Shown: in pieces, positions 26,925 to 33,686 of the stretch
Layout of the letters: each line of letters begins with the position of its first letter
Numbering within the stretch: the stretch's first letter is position 1
Origin: Dehalococcoidia bacterium
GTDB lineage: Bacteria; Chloroflexota; Dehalococcoidia; Bin125
DNA length: 64,000 nucleotides
Assembly: GCA_965232875.1 (NCBI GenBank)
Contig: OZ247431.1
Span: 2,102,828-2,166,827 of the forward strand
Reading direction: 5' to 3'
Translations under genes and position numbers: made by a program
Notes under the pieces: model-generated
Told to the model about the DNA's origin: nothing
Databases searched by the model: none
The model's input: the letters and a program-made list of their open reading frames with translations, nothing else

Positions 26925-27249
26925 GGGAGCCTGACGCGCCAATCGTCCGAGCCGGGCTTGTCCCGTTCGCAGACTGCGAGCTTCCCGCCGAAGAAGACGC
27001 TCACACTGAGCGCCGGTCCGGGAATCGTTCAATCACGCGCCGAGGGTCGCTCGGCGGCGGCTGCGACGCTGCGAATCTCATCGAGCAGCGCATCGGAATC
27101 GACATTCAGGATGTCGGCTGCGTCTACAACGCTGAGGGTTTCTGTCGGTGTCACCATGTTCGAAGAGTAGCGTAGGGTTTCACAGCCCCTGCCTCGAACA
27201 GGGGACAGCTTCCCTCCGCTATGTGTCGGACGGGACAGGGAGTCGTTCC

Positions 27250-28542
27250 GTGATTGAGTATTTCGTCCTACTGGCGGCGCTGCTGGCGCTATCGGCATTC
27301 TTTTCCAGCGCTGAGACATCGTACCTCTCGATAGAAGGCGTGCGGCTTGAGCATGAGCGGCGACGTCAACTGCCCGGCGCCGACCGCGCAGCCGCATTGC
27401 TGCAGGAGCCGCGCCGCTTGCTCGCCTCGATCCTGGTTGGCAACAACCTCGTCAACACGGGCGCAGCGACCGTAGGCGCGGTGATTGCGCAGGAACTCTT
27501 CGGCGGCAGCGGCGGACTCAGCATTGTCGTGGCTACGGTTGCCGTGACCATTCTGCTCGTGATCTTCGGCGAGATCGGCCCCAAGTCGGTGGCGCTGCAT
27601 CACAACCTGGCCGTGGCTCGGTACTACTCAATCCCGCTCACCTGGTGGGCGCGATTGACACGTCCGGCGGTGATAGCGCTGGACTGGACCTCGCGCATCT
27701 GGCTCAGAGTGGTCGGTGGACAGGAAGAAGCCAGCACCGCGCTCTCGATGGGCGAGCTGCGCACGGCGATCGTGCAGGCGCGCGAAGAGGGCGAGCTCAA
27801 GGTGCAGGACACGTCCGTCCTGCTCGGCGCGCTGCGCTTGGGCGAGACGCAGGTCCGAAGGATTATGACCGGTCGGCCGCAGATCGCCTCGATCGACTCA
27901 GGCGCGACGCTGGAAGAGGCGGGCCGGGCCTTTGGCGCCGCTGGGTTCCTGCGACTGCCGGTCCGCTCGGGCACCGAGGACCACTACATCGGCTACTTGC
28001 ACGGCTCCGACGTGCTAGCCCAGTTGGGCCAGGGCAATCGCGAGCGGCATGTGCGCGACGTCATGCGTGAGGCTCCGTTTGAATCGGAGCGGGCTTCGGT
28101 GCAGCGCGTGCTGACACAGATGCAGACGACCGGGCATCACCTGATGCTGCTGATCGACGAGTTTGGCGCGACCTCTGGTCTTGTCACCCTAGAGGACATT
28201 CTCGAACTGGTCGTGGGCAACATCCGCAGCGAGACGCGTGAAGGCTCGGAGCCCGTTCCAGTGCGGATCGCCGGTGAGCAGTTCGTCGAGGGTCGCCGCG
28301 GCCTGACCGATCTCGGCGCGGAACTGGAAGTTGACTTCTCGGCAGAGGAAGCGGAAACGGTCGCAGGCATGCTGCTGCAGCGCTTCCGCCGCATTCCCAG
28401 CGCCGATGAGACAGTCGACCTCTACGGCTATCGCTGGACCGTGGTCGAGTCGGACAACCGCCGCATCCGTCTGGTGCGCTTCCGTAAGTTGGGTGTCAGA
28501 CGGTCTCGCCCGGACGTGGCGGACGCGCCTCGAGAGTCCTGA
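27250..28542 (+). CDS. CNNM/TlyC-family protein (DUF21 + CBS pair + CorC_HlyC)
   Basis: The ORF track gives 27148. The in-frame GTG at 27250 yields VIEYFVLLAALLALSAFFSSAETS, the typical DUF21 start. The CBS region includes IMTGRPQIASID, and the C-terminal part is CorC-like. Confidence 0.8.
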   Translation: MIEYFVLLAALLALSAFFSSAETSYLSIEGVRLEHERRRQLPGADRAAALLQEPRRLLASILVGNNLVNTGAATVGAVIAQELFGGSGGLSIVVATVAVTILLVIFGEIGPKSVALHHNLAVARYYSIPLTWWARLTRPAVIALDWTSRIWLRVVGGQEEASTALSMGELRTAIVQAREEGELKVQDTSVLLGALRLGETQVRRIMTGRPQIASIDSGATLEEAGRAFGAAGFLRLPVRSGTEDHYIGYLHGSDVLAQLGQGNRERHVRDVMREAPFESERASVQRVLTQMQTTGHHLMLLIDEFGATSGLVTLEDILELVVGNIRSETREGSEPVPVRIAGEQFVEGRRGLTDLGAELEVDFSAEEAETVAGMLLQRFRRIPSADETVDLYGYRWTVVESDNRRIRLVRFRKLGVRRSRPDVADAPRES

Positions 28543-28558
28543 TAAGCTAGGAGGGCAT

Positions 28559-28645
28559 GCCGAGGTGGCGGAATGGTAGACGCGATGGTCTCAAAAACCA
28601 TTGGGCGTAAAGCCCGTGCCGGTTCGAGTCCGGCCCTCGGTACCA
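28559..28645 (+). tRNA. tRNA-Leu (anticodon CAA)
   Basis: GCCGAGGTGGCGGAATGGTAGACGCGATGGTCTCAAAAACCATTGGGCGTAAAGCCCGTGCCGGTTCGAGTCCGGCCCTCGGTACCA. It has a 7-bp acceptor stem (G1-U72), anticodon loop CTCAAAA, a long variable arm, T-loop TTCGAGT and an encoded CCA. Confidence 0.85.
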
Positions 28646-28650
28646 GAGAT

Positions 28651-28724
28651 TGCCGAGTAGTGTAACGGTAGCACTAGGGACTTTGGATCCCTCAGTTCAG
28701 GTTCGAATCCTGGCTCGGCAGCCA
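28651..28724 (+). tRNA. tRNA-Gln (anticodon UUG)
   Basis: TGCCGAGTAGTGTAACGGTAGCACTAGGGACTTTGGATCCCTCAGTTCAGGTTCGAATCCTGGCTCGGCAGCCA. It has U1-A72, discriminator G, anticodon loop CTTTGGA and an encoded CCA. Confidence 0.85.
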
Positions 28725-28759
28725 CCGGCCAACAGGCGTTATAGTTTCCTAGTGCGTAG

Positions 28760-30484
28760 GTGATGATGGTGATAACACTTCCGCAGGATCCAGCTAGGCT
28801 AATCCTCAAGAACATATCCTTCCGTCTCCGGCCTCTCTTGACTGGCAACGAATTCGTGACCTACTGCAAGGCACGGAATCTGAACATAGATCGTGAACGA
28901 CTTCTGCGCCTCGAGAGACAGAGGCTCTTCATGCCCTTGGCCCGAGTATCGAGGCCCTACAAGGGCACGGGATCCATTTTCATCAGCAACGAGACGGCGG
29001 ATGCTTCACATTGGGAGGAGTTCGTTGTCGAGACCTATGCGGACGATGCCGATTACCCTGTTCTAAGCATTGAAGACTCAGGGAATGTGCCCTTCTACTC
29101 AGCGTTTCAGCTCTGGGATCTGGACGAGGTTCTCAGCTCTCTTAACTACAATATCGAACTCGATGCTGTCGCCGAGGGCGAGGGGCCTACGGACGGCGTG
29201 TCGATCGAGTTGCATACTGCGAGGGAACGACTTCGATATGCAGCCTCATGGCGGTCGGAGACGCGAAAAGCTGCAGCCGTGCTGGCGCAGTATGTGACCA
29301 ATGCCTACATGCCGAAAGCTCTGAGCAATAGGCGGACCGTTTCGATTACGAGATCTAACAGCTACGGAGGTGCGCTATCCTTCGAAAGTCGGAATTGGGA
29401 TTGGCACGAGTTCAAGCAGAAGTGGAATCCTAGTTCTGTGACATCCCACTTTCAACTAGACAAGAGCACGCTCGAAGGGATTTACCGCCTTTTGCTTATG
29501 TCGATTCAAGACTGCGATCCGCTCTATGAATGGTCAAACTTTGTTCAATTCGTATCGCATCACAAGAGGGCCCAGCTGAGGGGAGACGCACTTCGAGCAG
29601 ACCTGTACAAGCAAATGGCGTTGCTGATGAAGTCTCTCTATGAGGATCTTTACGAAGATCAGGTGGAGTCCGTCGAACGAGCGCTTGGGATTCGGGCCGA
29701 AACCATGCCTGAACCGGTAGTTCAGAAGGATCCTCGACGGCATCTTGAGTTCGTGGTCAATCAGTATGAAGTGAATCCGCAGCCCAAAGTGGTGTTAATC
29801 TTGGAAGGAGAGAGCGAATCGACGTTCGTGGAGAAGTTGTGCCCGGCCCTCCTTGGCTATGGACTAGGCACGGCTGGAATCGAGATAGTAAATGTGAAAG
29901 GAGTCGGCAATGCCACGGGAAACAGGCAGCACGATAGGTACGGGGCCATTCTTAGGCTTGTTGATTATCTGCATGACCATCAGGTAGTTGTCTTTGTCGT
30001 GCTCGATCGCGAGGGTGCAGCATCAAAGCTGAAGGAGGCAGCGAAGAAACGAAAGCCCTTGTCTGGTCTGAGGAAGAAGGTGATTCCGTCGGAGCGAGTC
30101 ACGGTGTGGAGGAGGAATTTCGAGTTCGACAACTTCAGTGACACGGATATCGCAAGGGCCTTGACTGAGGCCGGTGGCGGTCGCCACACCTTCTCGCGGC
30201 AGGAGGTGGCTGATGTCAGGGAGTCCTGGCCTGATTCTCAGATCGGTAAGGTGTTCTATGCCAGGACGGGCGAGGATTTGAACAAACCGGAGTTCGCGGG
30301 ACTTCTGGCTGACCTTGTAGTAAGCCCAACATCCCGAAAGTGGCCAGAAAACAGGCCAATGGTTCGAATCCTGTTACTGGCATCAGAAGCAGGGCTGGCC
30401 AATAGGCTACCGGTGACAGACAAAGTGCGACGGCAGAATCAGCGCGTATTGGACCGTCCGTATGTGCGGGTACATAAGGGATGA
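28760..30484 (+). CDS. Hypothetical 574-aa protein: unknown N-terminal ~340 aa + C-terminal Toprim-like (OLD/RloB-type) domain
   Basis: A long uninterrupted ORF in low-GC DNA. PKVVLILEGESESTFVEKL supplies the Toprim Glu motif and HQVVVFVVLDREGAAS the second acidic motif, about 60 aa apart. There is no Walker A motif. Confidence 0.6.
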   Translation: MMMVITLPQDPARLILKNISFRLRPLLTGNEFVTYCKARNLNIDRERLLRLERQRLFMPLARVSRPYKGTGSIFISNETADASHWEEFVVETYADDADYPVLSIEDSGNVPFYSAFQLWDLDEVLSSLNYNIELDAVAEGEGPTDGVSIELHTARERLRYAASWRSETRKAAAVLAQYVTNAYMPKALSNRRTVSITRSNSYGGALSFESRNWDWHEFKQKWNPSSVTSHFQLDKSTLEGIYRLLLMSIQDCDPLYEWSNFVQFVSHHKRAQLRGDALRADLYKQMALLMKSLYEDLYEDQVESVERALGIRAETMPEPVVQKDPRRHLEFVVNQYEVNPQPKVVLILEGESESTFVEKLCPALLGYGLGTAGIEIVNVKGVGNATGNRQHDRYGAILRLVDYLHDHQVVVFVVLDREGAASKLKEAAKKRKPLSGLRKKVIPSERVTVWRRNFEFDNFSDTDIARALTEAGGGRHTFSRQEVADVRESWPDSQIGKVFYARTGEDLNKPEFAGLLADLVVSPTSRKWPENRPMVRILLLASEAGLANRLPVTDKVRRQNQRVLDRPYVRVHKG

Positions 30485-30492
30485 CCTATGGT

Positions 30493-30540
30493 TGCCCGGG
30501 CAGGGACTTGAACCAGCAAAACTAGCGGTCAACAGCCGCC
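30493..30540 (-). repeat. tRNA-Asn 3'-half-derived direct repeat, copy c (most diverged)
   Basis: tgcccgggcagggacttgaaccagcaaaactagcggtcaacagccgcc aligns with the tRNA sequence tgcccgggcaggacttgaacccgcaacctagcggttaacagccgcc. Confidence 0.7.
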
Positions 30541-30752
30541 ACCTGAGGAGCAACCAACTCGCAAGCTGGGACTGGTGTCGGATGTCCGAACTCCTTCGCC
30601 GTATCGATCCAGGGAGATATCGCAACCTGCGCTTCGCGGAGCGCCTCTTCGTAGGTGTCGCCGAGAGCCGAACAGCCGGGAAGTTCAGGAACGGCAGCTA
30701 CGTACATACGGTCTTCGTCGCTCCAGAAGATCGTGATCGCGTACTTGTGCAT
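30522..30752 (-). CDS. HicB-family antitoxin (short, no DNA-binding domain), paralog 3
   Basis: MHKYAITIFWSDEDRMYVAAVPELPGCSALGDTYEEALREAQVAISPWIDTAKEFGHPTPVP. The last 6 codons and the stop lie inside repeat copy c. Confidence 0.8.
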   Translation of the reverse strand: MHKYAITIFWSDEDRMYVAAVPELPGCSALGDTYEEALREAQVAISPWIDTAKEFGHPTPVPACELVAPQVAAVDR

Positions 30753-30866
30753 CGGTTGTAGGAGTGCCTCAACAGTGGCAGCGCTGCTAAGTGCCGAGTG
30801 AATCGAGAAGACGTGGCAGACGGCCGGATCGATAAACGGGGCTTACCTTCGAGAGCGGCCGCACTT

Positions 30867-31082
30867 TCAATTGCTCAGCGCAACAAGTTCACCGGCGGGC
30901 TGCGGAATCGGCCGGCCGATCCTCTCGGCGCCTTCGAGCCAGTAGCCAATGGCGGCCTGAGCCTGAGCGAGCGCCTCTTCGTGGCTGTCCTCATGCGCCA
31001 TACAGCCCGGCAACTCAGGAATATCCGCCACGAACACGCCGTCCTCATCGCTCCAGTAGATGGTGATTTGGTACTTGTGCAT
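30867..31082 (-). CDS. HicB-family antitoxin (short), paralog 2
   Basis: MHKYQITIYWSDEDGVFVADIPELPGCMAHEDSHEEALAQAQAAIGYWLEGAERIGRPIPQP. Confidence 0.8.
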   Translation of the reverse strand: MHKYQITIYWSDEDGVFVADIPELPGCMAHEDSHEEALAQAQAAIGYWLEGAERIGRPIPQPAGELVALSN

Positions 31083-31104
31083 GGTGGGTCGGATTCGGCG
31101 ATGA

Positions 31105-31155
31105 TGGCTGCCCGGGCAGGACTTGAACCCGCAACCTAGCGGTCAACAGCCACCC
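31105..31155 (-). repeat. tRNA-Asn 3'-half-derived direct repeat, copy b
   Basis: tggctgcccgggcaggacttgaacccgcaacctagcggtcaacagccaccc includes the CCA end. It shares the gttaac-to-gtcaac change with copy c. Confidence 0.8.
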
Positions 31156-31367
31156 GCAGGAGCCGCCTCGAACTCACATGTTGGCGCAGGAATCGGATCT
31201 CCGAATTCCCTGGCGGTGTCGATCCAGAGAGCCATGGCGACCTGTGCTTCCCGAAGGGCTTCTTCGTAGGTGTCGCCGAGGGCCGAACAGCCGGGAAGCT
31301 CAGGGACGGCAGCCACGTACATACCGTCTTCGTTGCTCCAGAAGATGTTGATCTGATACTGCAGCAT
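31143..31367 (-). CDS. hicB: HicB-family antitoxin (short), paralog 1, partner of HicA
   Basis: The ATG at 31367 is preceded by GAGGAG. The product is MLQYQINIFWSNEDGMYVAAVPELPGCSALGDTYEEALREAQVAMALWIDTAREFGDPIPAP. The stop TGA lies in the anticodon-loop part of repeat copy b. Confidence 0.8.
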   Translation of the reverse strand: MLQYQINIFWSNEDGMYVAAVPELPGCSALGDTYEEALREAQVAMALWIDTAREFGDPIPAPTCEFEAAPAGGC

Positions 31368-31378
31368 AAGTCGGCTCC

Positions 31379-31630
31379 TCAAACGTCTCTCAGGTCGTAC
31401 TTTAGCAGTGTCTTGCGAAGCTCTCGGAGTTGGTACGGTTTCGCGTCGGCTCCGATCGGCTGTAGGTTCACCTTGTCTACGACGCCAGCCATTCTGTAGG
31501 AGTGGTGACTGCCACGAATACGCTCTACAAAGCCCATTCTACTGAGAAGCGAACGGACCTCGCTGAATGGAATATTGGCGAGATGCTTACCGTCGAGAAT
31601 GCGGTTGAGCAGTCGCTGGTGGCGATTCAG
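31379..31630 (-). CDS. hicA: HicA-family toxin (start codon uncertain)
   Basis: ...LNRHQRLLNRILDGKHLANIPFSEVRSLLSRMGFVERIRGSHHSYRMAGVVDKVNLQPIGADAKPYQLRELRKTLLKYDL fits the HicA pattern as I recall it. There is no ATG or GTG between the tRNA and the conserved N-terminus. I set the 5' end at the CTG at 31630. The frame stays open to a TTG at 31690 inside tRNA-Asn. Confidence 0.6.
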   Translation of the reverse strand: MNRHQRLLNRILDGKHLANIPFSEVRSLLSRMGFVERIRGSHHSYRMAGVVDKVNLQPIGADAKPYQLRELRKTLLKYDLRDV

Positions 31631-31660
31631 AGCGGATCTCCATCCTGCGGGGTGACTTGA

Positions 31661-31736
31661 TGGCTGCCCGGGCAGGACTTGAACCCGCAACCTAGCGGTT
31701 AACAGCCGCCCGCTCTACCAATTGAGCTACCGGGCA
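31661..31736 (-). tRNA. tRNA-Asn (anticodon GUU)
   Basis: The reverse complement is TGCCCGGTAGCTCAATTGGTAGAGCGGGCGGCTGTTAACCGCTAGGTTGCGGGTTCAAGTCCTGCCCGGGCAGCCA. It has U1-A72, discriminator G, anticodon loop CTGTTAA and an encoded CCA. Confidence 0.85.
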
Positions 31737-31824
31737 TCGCCTCAGTCATCTTAGCGCGGAGCACCGGGTTGATCACCCCTCGTCTGAGACCACCGACGCA
31801 CTGGCCAACCGGCCACATCCCCGC

Positions 31825-32090
31825 CACCGACCCTGTGTACCATGAGAACATATGAACGCACAAACCGAGAGGCCACCCAACATGCTCCACCGACATCCAG
31901 ACTCCCATCGAGAATTCTCCGGACTCACCCGGATCGGTCCAGACCGAATAGCTCAGAATCGAGCCGTTTCTAGACGAATCTGGACAAATCTGGACAAATC
32001 CGAACACCTGAATGCACGATCCCCAGCGCAGCACAAGAGATTCGGCCCGGACACGCGAAATCATCGCCCCGCGCAGGGCCGTCACCCGCC
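31825..32090 (+). repeat. Family D element, copy D2 (internally shortened)
   Basis: accatgagaacatatg matches acaatgagaatatg in D1. gacgaatctggacaaatctggacaaatccgaacac matches gacgaatctggacaaatctggacgtttccgaacac in D1. Confidence 0.45.
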
Positions 32091-32108
32091 GCGCACTGTG
32101 AATTGGCC

Positions 32109-33344
32109 TTAGCTCGGCAATCCCAGACCAGCGACGGCGAGGGGATTGGCGGAGAGTGGATCGCTGATGCTCAGGCTGATCCGGCCGTCCAGCGCGTCGA
32201 GCAGCGGTTGTCCGCAGACCTCGCCTCGCCAGCCGACGAGCAGCGGCGGCATGTCGTCAGATGGACGACCGTTTTCGTTCCATGAGACCAGCGCGCGCAA
32301 TTGCGAGCTGCTGCCCACGAGCTCCGAGTCGATCTGATGTCGGGCGCAGGCGGCGGCGAGCACGGACTCCAGGAAGAGCAGCACCATGCGCGACGGCTTA
32401 CCACGGTTGTGGCGGCTGACGGGGCTGGGTAGTGCATCTTCCGGCACTGCCAGCGCGGTCTCGACCGCATCGAGTACGTCCTGGTGATAGTTCTGTTTGA
32501 GCTGCCCAACTCCGCGCACGCTCGACAGCTCACCGCGCGATTCGGGCCGGCTGGCCGCGACGGCGACAAGCAGACCGTCGGAGGCAATCCTGCGGAACGG
32601 AACGTTGCGACGGCTGGCGACTTGCTCTCGCCAGCTCGACAACTCGCGCAAGGCAGCCAAAGAACGCGGCGACAGTTTGTTGGCTCCCGACAGTCGGCGC
32701 CAGCGGTCGGTCTCTCGACGGCCGAGCCGATTCAGTCGCGCATTCGTCTCTTCGCGCAGCCAGGACAACCGATCCTGAGCCGGGTCTTGCGACATGCGCT
32801 CGACGAAGCGATCGTGCAAACGGAACAGCCAGCGCACATCGTCGGCGGCATAGCGGCATTGGGCTTCCGTCAGGGGTCGCTGCAGCCAGTTGGTCCGCGA
32901 CTGCGAGGGTCCGACGCTACGGCGCAGCTCACGCCCGACGAGCTTGTCGTAGGCGATGGGAAAATAGTGGCCGCTAAACGCTGCTGCGAGCTGCACATCG
33001 AACAGGTCGCCCGGTGATTTGCCGGTTCGTTGCAGGCAAAACTGCGCCTCCTGGTCATGCGCGTGAACGATCGTGCGGATGCTCGGATCGGCCATCAGAT
33101 CCCAGATGGGCTGGTCTGGAGCTTCCTGGATGCGATCTGACAGCGGATCGATCAGGCAGATTTCGTCCGGCGTTGCCACCTGGAGCAGAGCGAGCTGGGG
33201 CTGGTAAGTGCGTTCGGAGACGAACTCGGTATCGAGTCCCATGATGCCCACGGCGCGAATGCGATCAGCGAGCGCTGCGACATCTTCGTGTCGCTCAAGC
33301 AGCCGAACGGCTGATTCGTAAGCGGTTGCGTTGCTCAACGGCAT
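32109..33344 (-). CDS. rnd: Ribonuclease D (DEDD 3'-5' exonuclease + HRDC)
   Basis: The ORF track gives 32109-33467. I prefer the ATG at 33344 (MPLSNATAYE). GLDTEF is Exo I, the IVHAHDQEAQF region is Exo II, and YAADDVRWL is Exo III. An HRDC-like helical region follows. Confidence 0.8.
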   Translation of the reverse strand: MPLSNATAYESAVRLLERHEDVAALADRIRAVGIMGLDTEFVSERTYQPQLALLQVATPDEICLIDPLSDRIQEAPDQPIWDLMADPSIRTIVHAHDQEAQFCLQRTGKSPGDLFDVQLAAAFSGHYFPIAYDKLVGRELRRSVGPSQSRTNWLQRPLTEAQCRYAADDVRWLFRLHDRFVERMSQDPAQDRLSWLREETNARLNRLGRRETDRWRRLSGANKLSPRSLAALRELSSWREQVASRRNVPFRRIASDGLLVAVAASRPESRGELSSVRGVGQLKQNYHQDVLDAVETALAVPEDALPSPVSRHNRGKPSRMVLLFLESVLAAACARHQIDSELVGSSSQLRALVSWNENGRPSDDMPPLLVGWRGEVCGQPLLDALDGRISLSISDPLSANPLAVAGLGLPS

Positions 33345-33477
33345 ACGCGGATGTAGTTTTCCGGAGACATCGATCTTATGATAGCGACCAGCGATGACGA
33401 GTTTGTCACAGAGCTGACAGGCCTGAATGAGCGGGCCTCGTGGTACGATTTCGGTTAGTATCAGCAATCGGAGCCCT

Positions 33478-33594
33478 CATGAAGGTCAGAGCCTCGGTCA
33501 AAAAGCGTTCCCGCGACGATCAAATCGTCCGCCGAAAGGGACGCATCTACATCATCAACAAGAAGAACCCGCGCAACAAGCAGCGACAGGGCTA
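33478..33594 (+). CDS. rpmJ: 50S ribosomal protein L36, Cys-less (zinc-independent) form
   Basis: At 38 aa it falls below the track cutoff, so it is absent from the ORF track. The product is [38 protein letters not shown]. It aligns position for position with E. coli L36 ([38 protein letters not shown], recalled from memory). Confidence 0.85.
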
Positions 33595-33686
33595 ACCGGC
33601 CGAGCGTTGCGGCTGGTCATTGCAGCCGGACGACGTGGCGCGGTGTGGGATAGGGCTGGCCGCCGGCTCGGGCTGCGGGCGCTGAT

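Larger units (their letters stand above)
28725..31736. mobile_element. Putative tRNA-associated genomic islet (no integrase): Toprim-fusion gene plus HicA/HicB modules delimited by tRNA-Asn 3'-half repeats
   Basis: It is bounded by tRNA-Gln and tRNA-Asn. The left part is low in G+C (45-50 % in two 60-nt lines I counted). The tRNA-Asn 3' half occurs as three direct copies, at 30493-30540, 31105-31155 and 31661-31711. Confidence 0.45.

Noticed and set aside
27029-27157. 42-codon minus-strand ORF (MVTPTETLSVVDAADILNVDSDALLDEIRSV...) that looks a little like an excisionase/MerR-type HTH.
   Set aside because: It is too short to contain a full HTH domain. No Shine-Dalgarno sequence lies upstream, and no recombinase or mobile context is nearby. 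It was not reported as a feature.
28591-28848. 85-aa minus-strand ORF.
   Set aside because: It runs straight through tRNA-Leu and tRNA-Gln, so it is an artefact.
30462-31139. Plus-strand ORFs 30462-30761 and 30798-31139.
   Set aside because: They are antisense to the HicB paralogs, which have unmistakable family motifs. Their products are featureless.
28725-31736. Classical integrative element or prophage remnant at tRNA-Asn.
   Set aside because: There is no integrase, excisionase, transposase or phage structural gene anywhere in the islet or the window. I therefore describe it only as an islet bounded by tRNA-derived repeats.
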